Source: a bacterium
GTDB taxonomy: Bacteria > JACRDZ01 > JAQUKH01
Assembly (NCBI GenBank): GCA_028719205.1
Contig: JAQUKH010000014.1
Span: forward strand, 1-57,949
Length of the DNA: 57,949 bases
Direction: 5' to 3'
Shown here piece after piece: positions 47,653 through 57,944 of the stretch; position 1 is the first letter of the stretch; the number at the start of each line of letters is the position of its first letter. Under the pieces are notes generated by a model. The model saw nothing but the letters and a program-made list of their open reading frames with translations, was not told the DNA's origin and made no database searches. Made by a program: the position numbers and the translations under genes.

Positions 47653-48591
47653 CTTTACCATTTGTGTTGCGAGCTTGATCGCCGCTTCCATACTCCCCGT
47701 ACCCGCGATGCCTTTTCCGGCGATGTCGAACGCGGTCCCGTGGTCAACGGAAGTCCTTATGAACGGGAGGCCCAAGGTTATATTTACCGCGTTGCCGAAA
47801 GACGCCATTTTCAAGGGGATCAAACCCTGGTCGTGATACATCACTATCACCGCGTCATACATACCCTGATTTGCCTTTACAAATAAAGTATCTGACGCAA
47901 ACGGGCCTTCCACGCGGATATTTTCTTTTTTCGCTTTTTTAATGGCCGGCTCGATAAATTCAGCTTCTTCCCCGCCAAACAACCCGCCTTCACCTCCATG
48001 AGGATTTAAACTGCAAACAGCGATCAGCGGCTTTTTTTTACCGAACCACTTGGTCAATCCCGCGTTCGCTATTGAAATCTTCTCATAAATTTTATCCGCG
48101 GTAATATTACGCGCGACATCCCTTAGTGCCATATGGGTCGTAACCAGCACCACCCTGATCTTTCCGCCCGCGAGCATCATCGCGAATTTTTTAGTCTTTG
48201 TTAAATGCGCCAGATATTCCGTATGCCCGGGGAATTTCAGCCCCGCAAGGCTAACCGATTCTTTATTTATCGGGGCCGTTACCATTGCCTGGATATCGCC
48301 TTTTCTAATTAATTCCACGGCTTTATCAATATATTCTATAGAGGCTTTCCCGGCTTGAGCGCTTATTTTACCAACAGGTATTTTTTTGGGATCGGCATTT
48401 TTCAGGTCAATAATATTTATTTTGCACAAGGGCGAACGGCCGTTCGCCCCTACAACAAAAAACCTTTTATCGCCAATAACCAGAGGAACACATATCCTGT
48501 TAATATTTTTGTTTAATAATATTTTGCCGATTATTTCAGGCCCGATCCCGGCGGGATCGCCCATTGTTATGCCAATAACAGGTTTACCCAT
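47632..48591 (-). CDS. pdxA: 4-hydroxythreonine-4-phosphate dehydrogenase
   Basis: TMGDPAGIGPE, TAPINK, GHTE, LNPH.GE, MYHDQGL, RTSVDHGTAFDIAG. Confidence 0.97.
   Translation of the reverse strand: MGKPVIGITMGDPAGIGPEIIGKILLNKNINRICVPLVIGDKRFFVVGANGRSPLCKINIIDLKNADPKKIPVGKISAQAGKASIEYIDKAVELIRKGDIQAMVTAPINKESVSLAGLKFPGHTEYLAHLTKTKKFAMMLAGGKIRVVLVTTHMALRDVARNITADKIYEKISIANAGLTKWFGKKKPLIAVCSLNPHGGEGGLFGGEEAEFIEPAIKKAKKENIRVEGPFASDTLFVKANQGMYDAVIVMYHDQGLIPLKMASFGNAVNITLGLPFIRTSVDHGTAFDIAGKGIAGTGSMEAAIKLATQMVKSMAHRA
48430..48453 (-). repeat. REP inside pdxA
   Basis: GTAGGGGCGAACGGCCGTTCGCCC encoding VGANGRSP. Confidence 0.85.
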
Positions 48592-49817
48592 TATTCCACC
48601 AACTTTATTTCAATAACCGCTTCTTTCTTTAATTTTTCGACCCACGCGGAATAAACTTTTTCCATTTTATCCTGCGTAAGCTTATTTTTTATATTAAGCT
48701 TAACGGCGGCAACCTGATCTGGAGAAAGGGTTTCTTTGCTTACCACCTTAATAATATGGTAACCATAATCAGTTTTAACAATATCGCTTAATTCCCCGAT
48801 CTTTAAATTAAAAGCCACATTTTCAAATTCAGATACCATATCCCCGCGTTTAAAAAATCCCAAGTCCCCGCCGTCCTTAGCGGAAGGCCCTATGGATTTT
48901 TCTTTCGCGAGTGTTTCAAAATCCTCTCCCTTCTTCAACCTTTCAAGCAGGTCCTTTGATTCTTCAAGGGTTTTAGACACAATATGAAACGCGTGAATTC
49001 TTTCCCCGGGCTCAATTGTTCTTCTGTCCTCAAGCTTGATAATGTGATACCCGAACTGAGTCTTTACCGGGCCCGCGATTTCGCCCTTCTTCATTTGGAA
49101 TACCTTATCTTCGAATTCCGGAAGCATATCGCCTTTGCGGAAATATCCGAGGTCACCGCCTTTTTCAGCCGAAGGCCCCTTGGATCTTTCTTTCGCGAGT
49201 TCATCAAAATCCCTGCCGTTATTAAGTTCATTTAAAACCGCGTTTGCCTCTTCTTCTGTGTTAAGCAGGATATGTTTCGCCCTGAGTTCTTCCTTCTGTT
49301 TTTCAAAATAATCGTCTATTTCTTTTTCACTTACCTCTATCTTTGATTTAACCTCCTGCTCAACATATCTTTGAATTACCAGCTCTTCCTCGATCCTGCT
49401 TCTATACGACCTGCGCAGTTCAGTTAAATTTGTCTGCCTTTCAACTAAAGCGTCTTCAAACGCCTTTTCATCAGGAAAATTCTTTTTCATGTTGGTTATC
49501 GCTTCTTCAACATAACGGTTAACCTCAGCCGGAGAGACATCAATACCCGCCTTTTTAGCATTCTGTAAAATAAGTTTGTTTTCTATCAAAAGATTCAACA
49601 TCTTTTTCTGTTCAATTTTTAACGCGTTAGCCTGCTCTTCAGGAGGATAAACCTTCTTAACCTGTTCCCTGACCTGAACCAGTTCATTTTCCAGTTCACT
49701 CAGCGTAATGATCTCTCCGTTCACCTTCGCGGCTATCATTTCTACTATTTTAGCGGACAACGCCGTACTTAAAAAAATTATCATGCTTAAAATAATAAAT
49801 ATCCTGATTTTTCTCAT
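48591..49817 (-). CDS. SurA/PrsA-like peptidyl-prolyl isomerase with two parvulin domains
   Basis: AKVNGEIIT; two HI..F..LA..S..GGDLG.F..G.M..EFE..GYHIIK domains; sits upstream of pdxA-rsmA. Confidence 0.92.
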   Translation of the reverse strand: MRKIRIFIILSMIIFLSTALSAKIVEMIAAKVNGEIITLSELENELVQVREQVKKVYPPEEQANALKIEQKKMLNLLIENKLILQNAKKAGIDVSPAEVNRYVEEAITNMKKNFPDEKAFEDALVERQTNLTELRRSYRSRIEEELVIQRYVEQEVKSKIEVSEKEIDDYFEKQKEELRAKHILLNTEEEANAVLNELNNGRDFDELAKERSKGPSAEKGGDLGYFRKGDMLPEFEDKVFQMKKGEIAGPVKTQFGYHIIKLEDRRTIEPGERIHAFHIVSKTLEESKDLLERLKKGEDFETLAKEKSIGPSAKDGGDLGFFKRGDMVSEFENVAFNLKIGELSDIVKTDYGYHIIKVVSKETLSPDQVAAVKLNIKNKLTQDKMEKVYSAWVEKLKKEAVIEIKLVE

Positions 49818-49919
49818 AATTCCTCCGTTAAAAGTTCAACAACCCTGGATCTTTGACAAAATTATACCATATTCTTGACAAAAACCAAAATCTTGCATTT
49901 TTTTGAAAAGTTAAGGCTC

Positions 49920-50915
49920 TTAAGTCTTATCTTTTATTTGTTCGTAAATTTTTTCGAATAGGCCTTCAGTCTCTTTAAAGGCAGCTAAAACTTTCGGGTC
50001 AAAATGGCAGGGCATCAGCCTTTCATCTCCTTTAGTGATTATGTCACAAGCTGTTTTATGATCATAAGGAGGTTTATAGACGCGTTTATTTCTTATAGCA
50101 TCATAGCTATCCGCGATAATTATTATTCTTCCTTCAATCGGGATTTCTTCTCCTTTCATACCATATGGATAACCGCTTCCATCCCACTTTTCATGATGTG
50201 TAAGGGCGCCGGCCTTTCCAATAGCGAATCTTGCATGCTCCCCGATTATCTTTGCCCCAAAGAGAGTATGTTCTCTTATTATCTTCTGTTCCTCTTCAGT
50301 AAGCTTCCCCGGCTTTTTCAAAATGTTGGGAGGAATATGCAGTTTCCCTACATCATGCAATACGGACTGAAGCCTGATCGCTTTTATATATCCTTCTGAC
50401 ATGCCTAATTGCCTGGCAATAACCGCGCAATACTCGCCCAGTCTCAGAATATGGTTACCTGTATCTTCATCATTGACTTCAGCCGCCCTTGCTAAGGCAT
50501 AAATCGCGTAAACAAACCCTTCCTCAGCCTCTTTAGCCCGGACAAGCATTTTTATCCTCGCTAAGATCTCGTGCGCGTCAACCGGTTTTGAAATAAAATC
50601 CTCCGCACCGGCTTCAATACTTTCAATACGGTCTTCTTTTGACCTTAATACTGTTACCATAATTACAGGTATATTTTTAGTTTTATCATTTCCTTTAATT
50701 TTCTTACAGACCTCATAACCGTCCATGTACGGCATCACCACATCCAGCAAAATAATATCCGGATGGTAAACTTCAATTATTGATAAAGCTGTTTTTCCAT
50801 CCCTGGCAAGCTTTACTTTAAAACCTTTTGGAACTAATAATGCCTCTAAAAGCTCAAGGCTTTCCACATTATCATCAACACATAGAATTTTAACTATTTC
50901 AGTTTGTTCAAACAT
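49920..50915 (-). CDS. Response regulator with HD-GYP phosphodiesterase domain
   Basis: ILCVDD, DIILLDVVMP, KP; LHDVGK, HHEKWDGSGYP; ATG 50915. Confidence 0.93.
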   Translation of the reverse strand: MFEQTEIVKILCVDDNVESLELLEALLVPKGFKVKLARDGKTALSIIEVYHPDIILLDVVMPYMDGYEVCKKIKGNDKTKNIPVIMVTVLRSKEDRIESIEAGAEDFISKPVDAHEILARIKMLVRAKEAEEGFVYAIYALARAAEVNDEDTGNHILRLGEYCAVIARQLGMSEGYIKAIRLQSVLHDVGKLHIPPNILKKPGKLTEEEQKIIREHTLFGAKIIGEHARFAIGKAGALTHHEKWDGSGYPYGMKGEEIPIEGRIIIIADSYDAIRNKRVYKPPYDHKTACDIITKGDERLMPCHFDPKVLAAFKETEGLFEKIYEQIKDKT

Positions 50916-50946
50916 GTTAAACCCCCATGCCGCGTACAGTATTTCT

Positions 50947-52047
50947 TTAACAGGGAAAAATAAACTTAAATACCGACCCTTTTCCCGGGCCCTCAGACTC
51001 AACCCATATTTTTCCATTAAGTAATTTTATTAATCTTTTCGCGAGAGCCAGCCCTAATCCAATCCCTTTATATTCTTTTTTTATGGAAGAATTTACCTGA
51101 TTAAACGGTTGGAATAATTGATCCATATCCTTTTTTGCAATACCTATTCCCGTATCATAAACAGAAATTTCGATTTCCGAATTGATCCTTTTTGCCCGGA
51201 TACAAACCTTCCCTCCTTGCGGTGTAAATTTTATAGCGTTAGAAAGGAGGCTATATATTATTTGTGTCAATCTTTGTTCGTCGCAATTAATTTTCCCGAT
51301 ATTTTCATCCACTTCAAGGGAAACCTTAAGTCCATTATTAGCAGCCTTTTCTCTGGTAAGGATTAATAAATTATTTATTGTATTTTTTAATGAAAAAAAG
51401 GAAATATTCTGTTCATAATTATCTGTATCTATTAAAACAATGTCAAGGATAGCGTCTATTAATGAAATTAATTTTTTCCCGCTTGTAAAAATATGTTCAG
51501 CGTAATTTTTCTGTTTTTCATTGAGCGGGCCGAAATCCTGGCCGATCAAAACTTCTGAAAAACCGATTATTGAATTAAGCGGGCTGCGTAATTCATCCGA
51601 CATATTAGCGATAAATTCACTTTTCGCGCGGTTTGCCAGTTCAGCCTCTAATTGAGCCTGTCGTAATAGTACCTCCATTTGTTTCCGGTGTGTAATATCA
51701 ACCAAATAGCCGATGATGTCCGTGGGGTTGCCGTTTTTATCCCGAATTAAACGCATATCATCGAACATCCAGCGATATTCCCCGTCTTTTGAACGAAAAC
51801 GATATTCATAGGTATAACAATCTTTTTCGAATAACCTCGGTATCTCGGAAAGGACACGCATTTGATCTTCATAATGAATACGATTGCTCCAGAGGCCGGG
51901 ATTATTTATAAATTCTTCAGGCCTATAACCCAGGTATTGCGAAACATTGTTACTTATAAAATTAATACCATAGCCGGCATGGGGTTTGCGGGTATAAATT
52001 ATTGAAGAAGAAACTGACATGAGAAATTGCAATCGTTCTTTTTCCAT
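50947..52047 (-). CDS. PAS domain sensor histidine kinase (H-box reads MSDELRSPL)
   Basis: PAS_3 (IH.ED, EYR...KDG.YRW), SNAIKFT, DTGIGI, G.GLGL; conserved His appears replaced by Asp. Confidence 0.88.
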   Translation of the reverse strand: MEKERLQFLMSVSSSIIYTRKPHAGYGINFISNNVSQYLGYRPEEFINNPGLWSNRIHYEDQMRVLSEIPRLFEKDCYTYEYRFRSKDGEYRWMFDDMRLIRDKNGNPTDIIGYLVDITHRKQMEVLLRQAQLEAELANRAKSEFIANMSDELRSPLNSIIGFSEVLIGQDFGPLNEKQKNYAEHIFTSGKKLISLIDAILDIVLIDTDNYEQNISFFSLKNTINNLLILTREKAANNGLKVSLEVDENIGKINCDEQRLTQIIYSLLSNAIKFTPQGGKVCIRAKRINSEIEISVYDTGIGIAKKDMDQLFQPFNQVNSSIKKEYKGIGLGLALAKRLIKLLNGKIWVESEGPGKGSVFKFIFPC

Positions 52048-52122
52048 TATAAAACTCCCAATTTATTTCTTTAAAAGATCCGCCACAGAATAACATTTAT
52101 AAAGCTTACAGATATTTTCAAT

Positions 52123-52302
52123 TCATGGCTCATATTGGTGAAAAACAGATTTGGCTGTATCATCTGAATTTGTTTGCAATGTCTTTAATTCTTTCGTGCT
52201 TTCTTCTAATTTTTCCTCCACTTGCCGCCGGCGAACCTGTTCTTCAGCCTCCTCCAATACCCGGTTAATCGCTGGAGTAATGTTTGATAAATTTTCTTTC
52301 AT
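52123..52302 (-). pseudogene. Probable remnant of a receiver-domain end and linker
   Basis: MKENLSNITPAINRVLEEAEEQVRRRQVEEKL resembles the REC-to-PAS linker of sensor kinases. Confidence 0.45.
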
Positions 52303-52702
52303 AGTTAGCCGCTCCTTAGGGCGTCAACAGCCCGTTTCATTTCAATTTAAAATTTTTATATCCCCACACCCAGAAAGATACTGATATTAGGCTGGAAAAC
52401 AACTCACAGCCATTTTCAAAAAAACCTTAAAAGCTCCAGTTCTCCTGAGTACAGAGGCATTAGATCCTATTTTTTTATATTGTAAACTATAATTTAGCAA
52501 TTTCAAGTAAAAATTAAGTATGGGTTATAAACATTAAGTATGATTTAACATTATACACAAAAAAATCACGGCTTTTTAAAAGATATTTCAAATAATTCGA
52601 CTAAAACTTTTAAAAATATTTTTATTCATATTTTTGCGATATAATTCCGTGATATAGAATGGTAATTTGCACATTATTTACTCTTTTAAAATGCCCAATA
52701 TT

Positions 52703-53389
52703 TCATTCATTCTCTATTTTGGAAATAAGATATTTGCCTAATTCTTCAAATTGTTTTTTATTTTTGGAGTAGAAAGGAAGCAAGCGGTGATATTCTCTTA
52801 CCTTTTGAACATTCTTTATCTCATTAATTAGGATATCTTTGGATAATTTGCGTTCGGTATTATGATAAGCGCCGATAAAAAGTATTCCTGTCTGGCCGTC
52901 TTGCAAGGTATTATCTATCCTCCGGGCAATAAATTTGTCCCTTTTATTTAAAATAATATTTTTAGTTAATTTATATCTTATAAATCCAAATAATTCCTCA
53001 AACTTTGTCTTAGCCTGAGTCATCTTAAGCAAATTATCGCGTTCTTCCTTGACAAGACTGAAATCTTCAGTCTTTACTAAAATGGCTCCTCTTTTAAGAA
53101 GGCTCACGACTAATTCGTAATTCCTGCTTCCTGAATTCGCGACTTCTTTAGCTATTTTTTCTCCTATTTCCCCTTCAGCTGCCATTCCATCCTGATATAT
53201 TTTCATTTTTGATACATCTATTGAAGCAAAATAATCTATTATGACATCCCAGAAACCCTCAATTGTTCTGAGATGTGCTTTCCAAAATTCTTCCCCTAAA
53301 TCCGAAATACCTCTCTTAGTTATTTCCCCTGCCAAAGAACCAAGGTCTGCGTTTGTATGAATAATAGGAACCAATATTAATGTTCTCAT
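52703..53389 (-). CDS. Hypothetical protein coupled to gvp operon
   Basis: 3 nt from gvpJ; PIIH..DLGS, YQDG, RD.FIA.RI, LFIG..H. Confidence 0.75.
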   Translation of the reverse strand: MRTLILVPIIHTNADLGSLAGEITKRGISDLGEEFWKAHLRTIEGFWDVIIDYFASIDVSKMKIYQDGMAAEGEIGEKIAKEVANSGSRNYELVVSLLKRGAILVKTEDFSLVKEERDNLLKMTQAKTKFEELFGFIRYKLTKNIILNKRDKFIARRIDNTLQDGQTGILFIGAYHNTERKLSKDILINEIKNVQKVREYHRLLPFYSKNKKQFEELGKYLISKIENE

Positions 53390-53392
53390 AGG

Positions 53393-53707
53393 CTACCGGG
53401 TTATTTTTTTATTTATCTTCGCTTCCAGATGCTCTACTCTTTTCTTCAACGTTACATTCTCTTTTTCCATCTCCGTGTTTTTTGCCTTTGTAGACAGATA
53501 CCCATCATCCTGCCACCAGTTTATACCCATCTCCATAGCCTTATCTACAGACGCGATCAAAAGCCTTATTCTGATAGTCAAAAGGTCTATATCAGCAATC
53601 TGGATCTTGATATCTCCGGCAATCACTATTCCTTTATCGAGAACACGTTCCAGGATATCAGCAAGATTAGTTGCCTCAGTAGCATGTGTCATTTTTTGTT
53701 CTGACAT
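53393..53707 (-). CDS. gvpJ: Gas vesicle protein GvpJ (GvpA family)
   Basis: LADILERVLDKGIVIAGDI..IDLL.I..RLLIASVDKA..GINWW. Confidence 0.85.
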   Translation of the reverse strand: MSEQKMTHATEATNLADILERVLDKGIVIAGDIKIQIADIDLLTIRIRLLIASVDKAMEMGINWWQDDGYLSTKAKNTEMEKENVTLKKRVEHLEAKINKKITR

Positions 53708-53723
53708 AAGATTATTTCCTTTC

Positions 53724-54257
53724 TTACATTAAATTTCCTAATGGCCCTAAATCTAAATTCAACTCGTCATCTTTTATACCGAATATTGCCTGGATCTCTT
53801 TTATCTTCATTTTAACTGCCTTAAGGCTCAATCCTAATTTCTGGACCTCTACAGGAGAAAGTGTTTTCCCCTTTACCCTCCTGAATGCCTCTTTTTCCAT
53901 TAACCTTCTGATCAGTTCCACGATACTTAAAATTAATTTGGCCAGCCCCTGTTCTGTTTTCCCGGGGCAGTCAAAATCAATCAGTTTTGGAATATTTTCT
54001 TCCGCTTTTCTTATTTCTTTTTGTAATTTTTCGATATATTCCATATCTTCAAGGGTAAACTCTTTATCAGGGTCCCTAAAACTTTTACCTGATAATTCCT
54101 CCGCCCTGGAAATGGATGTCAAAATAATCCTAAGGCCCAAAAATACAAGGTCTACATCCGCGACCCTCAGGACTAACTCTCCGTTGATAACAGCTCCTTT
54201 TTCTAAAACTGTATCCAATACATCCACTAACGCGACTTTGTCATTTTTATTAATCAT
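53724..54257 (-). CDS. gvpK: GvpA-like domain fused to GvpK
   Basis: LVDVLDTVLEKGAVI.G..ADVDLV; GLAKL.L..VEL.R.LME..A.RR, LNLDLGPLG. Confidence 0.85.
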   Translation of the reverse strand: MINKNDKVALVDVLDTVLEKGAVINGELVLRVADVDLVFLGLRIILTSISRAEELSGKSFRDPDKEFTLEDMEYIEKLQKEIRKAEENIPKLIDFDCPGKTEQGLAKLILSIVELIRRLMEKEAFRRVKGKTLSPVEVQKLGLSLKAVKMKIKEIQAIFGIKDDELNLDLGPLGNLM

Positions 54258-54258
54258 A

Positions 54259-55074
54259 TTAAAACTCTAATGTTGTAAAATTATATGCCGGCCAGGGCCC
54301 GCTATATCTGAGGGAAAACCCTTTCGCCTGAATTTTATGATTTAAATTTTCGACTTCTTTTTTAAAATCTCCGATTTCACGCTCAGAAACCAAATATGCG
54401 GCATTTAAAACCATGGTTTCGCTTTTGCCGGTTAACTCTTTCTGCAATATTTTACATTTGGTTGAATTTACCGCGTATTTTTTTAAATCTTCAAAAATGG
54501 ATTCTGTAATATTATCTAATTCTTTACTCACTTCTTTGGAAATAATATCCTTTAATTCCTCTTCCATAAAATAAGCCGTACCTTCCGGCAAAGAACTTAT
54601 CTGCGCTTCTTTTATTTTTATCAGCGTATTTTTCCTTCTTATGTTTCCCCTGAATATTTCCTTATTTTCTAAAAAAATCTTTAAACCCCATTCCTGTTTT
54701 CCGCGAATTTTATCTAACACACCCATTATCCCGTCATAATTCTTTTCTAATGATGCTTTTAGCCCTGTTTCATCCTTATAAATAATACCGAATCTCATTG
54801 GTATCAGGCTCAAGAACCTCCCGTCCATCTTCATCGCTTCGTCTATAACCCGTCCATGAATAACTGCCTTTCCCTTGATCCAATTTAAATCCTCTCGAGC
54901 GCTTTTTTGGATCTTACTCGATGCAAATTCTTCCAGCGGGACCTTGCTTACCACAGCCTCTAACTCGCGACAGAATAAAATATAAATATCATTTTCCTCA
55001 TCGATACCTTTTATCGCTAATGTCTTTTCACCGTCAGTTTTTTCTCTGATACAATAAAGATATAATCCGTCCAC
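54259..55074 (-). CDS. GvpL/GvpF family protein
   Basis: YLYCI, H..V, PMRFG, EWGLK, LNAAYLV, SGPWPAYNF. Confidence 0.9.
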   Translation of the reverse strand: MDGLYLYCIREKTDGEKTLAIKGIDEENDIYILFCRELEAVVSKVPLEEFASSKIQKSAREDLNWIKGKAVIHGRVIDEAMKMDGRFLSLIPMRFGIIYKDETGLKASLEKNYDGIMGVLDKIRGKQEWGLKIFLENKEIFRGNIRRKNTLIKIKEAQISSLPEGTAYFMEEELKDIISKEVSKELDNITESIFEDLKKYAVNSTKCKILQKELTGKSETMVLNAAYLVSEREIGDFKKEVENLNHKIQAKGFSLRYSGPWPAYNFTTLEF

Positions 55075-55076
55075 AA

Positions 55077-55325
55077 CTATTCTCCACGAAGCCCATATGA
55101 TTGAACCTCTAAATTTTCATCTAATTTAACCGCATAGATATTCCTGTCCTGCACTCTTGTAGAAAGACCAAGAGATTTTATAAAAGAACTCTCCTCATAT
55201 GCCTCTGCCTCGACATCCCAACCTGAACCTGCCCTTGCCGCCTTAATAACCTTTACATCTTTAACATTAAGAATTTTTCTCAAAAATTCACTAACTGTCT
55301 TTCTGACTGACTCCATATTAGCCAT
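55077..55325 (-). CDS. gvpO: GvpO-like gas vesicle protein
   Basis: GW.VE.E, Y.V.LD....V.SY; operon context. Confidence 0.7.
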   Translation of the reverse strand: MANMESVRKTVSEFLRKILNVKDVKVIKAARAGSGWDVEAEAYEESSFIKSLGLSTRVQDRNIYAVKLDENLEVQSYGLRGE

Positions 55326-55327
55326 AT

Positions 55328-55567
55328 TTACACTCCTCCATCTTTTAGTTTTCTTATATCATCCAACTGTTTTAAAATCACCTTTTCCTTTTCATCATAT
55401 TCTTTTTCACTTATTTCATCCAGTTCAAAACGCAGCTGCAGTTCCATAAGTTTTTCTTTTACAAGCCCCTCATCAGATGCCTCTTTTTCTATAACACCAT
55501 TAATCTTTTCACCTATCCAGATTATGCCTTTTATTGGTGACAGTAAAATACTGTCAATTAAAAACAT
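55328..55567 (-). CDS. gvpG: Gas vesicle protein GvpG
   Basis: P.KG..WI..KI, L.ELQ...E..EISE.EY...E..IL..L. Confidence 0.88.
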   Translation of the reverse strand: MFLIDSILLSPIKGIIWIGEKINGVIEKEASDEGLVKEKLMELQLRFELDEISEKEYDEKEKVILKQLDDIRKLKDGGV

Positions 55568-56334
55568 TAATGGCTCCCAGTTTCTATTACCAAATTAATA
55601 AAATTAAACGGCGGCAGTGTCCCGACATACTTAAATTTTATTTCACTGCCATATCTTTTATCCAACTGCTGAACCTTTAAATCAAATTCTGCTTCTTTAG
55701 ATTTATCCACTAAAAAAGCGGCATTGATAATCATCAACTCGCCGTATGTATTATTGACTTTCGAATCACAACAAAGCGGTAAGAGAGTATTAAAAATATC
55801 ATCTTTACAAATCTCTTTCTCTTTTTGCAGCGCCTCCTCAACCATTCTTCCAATTTCCACTTGTTTATAATATGTTTTTTCAGGAGCTAGATTTACTAAT
55901 TTTTCTTTCAACGTGCGGATATCCTGATATTTTTCCAATATTTTGCCATAGATAATATCTTCTTTAAAAATCGCCTTTAATCCCAGCTCCCTTTTCCCAA
56001 TAAACTTTTCCAGTAAATTTTTAAATTTATCATATTCTTTAGATAAAATCTTATTAATCCCTTCTTCATCTTCGGCAATGGTACAAAAACGGACCGGCAA
56101 AACCGTATGTTCTTTCATTACTTCTTCAATGGCCTTCTCATGTGAAATCATATTTTCTCTCGACACAGGATACTTTGTTATTGGAGAATTGCTCACAACC
56201 GCGGATATATCTTTAAAACAAATACTGTATAATTCATCGCCCCTGCCGCCAATCCCAAAATGGCCAAAAGACTTCGATTTTGAGCCCTGGATCATACAAT
56301 AAATATATTTACCTTCCTTAATATTTTTGTCCAT
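55567..56334 (-). CDS. GvpL/GvpF family protein
   Basis: GKYIYC, HE..IE.VM, VLPVRF, NAAFLV, G.LPPFNF. Confidence 0.9.
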   Translation of the reverse strand: MDKNIKEGKYIYCMIQGSKSKSFGHFGIGGRGDELYSICFKDISAVVSNSPITKYPVSRENMISHEKAIEEVMKEHTVLPVRFCTIAEDEEGINKILSKEYDKFKNLLEKFIGKRELGLKAIFKEDIIYGKILEKYQDIRTLKEKLVNLAPEKTYYKQVEIGRMVEEALQKEKEICKDDIFNTLLPLCCDSKVNNTYGELMIINAAFLVDKSKEAEFDLKVQQLDKRYGSEIKFKYVGTLPPFNFINLVIETGSH

Positions 56335-56335
56335 T

Positions 56336-57106
56336 TTATTTCTCCCATTCCTCAGGATAAATAACAATATTCACAAAATTAAACACTGGCAGAGGCCCGG
56401 TGTACATAAACTTTATCCTGCCCTTATATTCCTCACTTAGATCACTCATTATATTATCAAATTCCTTCTCCCTGCCTCTATCCACCAGGAACGCCGCATT
56501 CATAAACATCTCATCACCCATAGTCTTGTTAACTTTATGATCACAGGCACTTCTTCTTAGAAGGTCTATTATAGTGTCTGCCTCTTTACCTTTTTTATTC
56601 TGCAGCGCCTCTTCCACCATCTTACCGATTTCCATTTTAGCCGGAACATTTTTATTTTTGCTGTCTTTCTGTATCTTTTTTTTTAATTTTTTTATTTCTT
56701 CATTTTCCCGCGTGATCTCCTTAAAAATATCATCCATATTTTCCCAGATCCCTTTAACACTTAACTCTATCCTATGCTCCACATTGACCAGCGCGTTTTT
56801 AAATTCTCTATATCTCCTGTCTAAAAGGTTTCTTGTTTCATCGCAGGTCGCGGCTACAGTCCCGAACCTGACAGGAAGCACACTATCGAACTCCTTCATT
56901 ACCTCTTCAATTACCAGCTCATGGGCCAGCATATTTTCCCTGCTTACAGTAAACTTAATTATTGGATGGCTGCTTACAACCATGCTTAAATCCTCGTGGC
57001 CGATGGTCAAAACTTCATCTCTTCTGCCGCCTATGCCTATGGGGCCGAAATTTCTTTCCTGCGAAGTTTTAATGATACAATAAATATATTTACCTTCTTT
57101 TGCCAT
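56336..57106 (-). CDS. GvpL/GvpF family protein
   Basis: GKYIYCII, AHE.VIE, VLPVRFG, NAAFLV, TGPLP.FNF. Confidence 0.9.
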   Translation of the reverse strand: MAKEGKYIYCIIKTSQERNFGPIGIGGRRDEVLTIGHEDLSMVVSSHPIIKFTVSRENMLAHELVIEEVMKEFDSVLPVRFGTVAATCDETRNLLDRRYREFKNALVNVEHRIELSVKGIWENMDDIFKEITRENEEIKKLKKKIQKDSKNKNVPAKMEIGKMVEEALQNKKGKEADTIIDLLRRSACDHKVNKTMGDEMFMNAAFLVDRGREKEFDNIMSDLSEEYKGRIKFMYTGPLPVFNFVNIVIYPEEWEK

Positions 57107-57113
57107 ATTTACC

Positions 57114-57944
57114 TCACCCTTTTAACCTTACTAATAAGGAATTATTATTAAATTCCTCCTCTATAAAAGAGCAGGAATCGTATTGACCTGCCTGTTCGGC
57201 AGACAGGCAATATTCTTTTAAGATCTCATGCGCGTTTGTTATATCTTCAAATTGAGTTTCAATGCCGGGAACATTCGGATTATTATCAGGATGGAAAGTA
57301 ACAGCCAGTGTCTGATACGCCTTTTTTATCTCGTCCTTAGTTACAAAATTATTCATAAGCAGCATTTTCCTCCTTGCCCAATCAATTTTCCCAAAATTCA
57401 ATTTTTTTATCTCAAGGGTATAAAAACTATAAGGAGGTAACGGCCCTATGCATTTAAAATTTAATTTATTTTCATATTTAATATTTAATAATTCAATCCC
57501 TTCCTCAAAATCTTTCAAATTTCGTTTATTTATTAAAAAGGCGGAATTTAAAACCATCCTATCATCCATAACATCATGGGCTCTCATATCCTCGCTGATC
57601 TTGTTCAAAAAACAATGTATCCCTGAAGAATATTCTTCCCTTTTTCCTTCTAATCTCTTGCTAATCATTTTTCCTATTATTATCCGATCTTCTATGGCTA
57701 TTTCTGCAGAGTGAGCTAGAAGCCTGTCTTTAAATTCCCTGATTTCACTTTCTTCGCCTATCTCTTTTATGAATGAAGGAAAATCATTCCACGTAACAGC
57801 GACATCAATCTCTATCTTATCGTTTATTTTATCCAAAACATCTTTTATGAGGTTATATCCTTTATCTAAAACATGTTTGATCTCTCCCTCATCCTGAATA
57901 AAGGTCCTTATCTTTACAGGGATAACCGTGATCCCGGAATTCAT
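57114..57944 (-). CDS. GvpL/GvpF protein with C-terminal DnaJ domain (5' end likely beyond window)
   Basis: LNSAFLI, GPLPPYSF, then EIKKAY..LA..FHPD.NP...F..I..A..IL. Confidence 0.88.
   Translation of the reverse strand: MNSGITVIPVKIRTFIQDEGEIKHVLDKGYNLIKDVLDKINDKIEIDVAVTWNDFPSFIKEIGEESEIREFKDRLLAHSAEIAIEDRIIIGKMISKRLEGKREEYSSGIHCFLNKISEDMRAHDVMDDRMVLNSAFLINKRNLKDFEEGIELLNIKYENKLNFKCIGPLPPYSFYTLEIKKLNFGKIDWARRKMLLMNNFVTKDEIKKAYQTLAVTFHPDNNPNVPGIETQFEDITNAHEILKEYCLSAEQAGQYDSCSFIEEEFNNNSLLVRLKG

Noticed and set aside
47360-47886. ORFs 47360..47560, 47430..47678, 47461..47886, 47594..47836
   Set aside because: Low-complexity translations of heptamer repeats or antisense to pdxA
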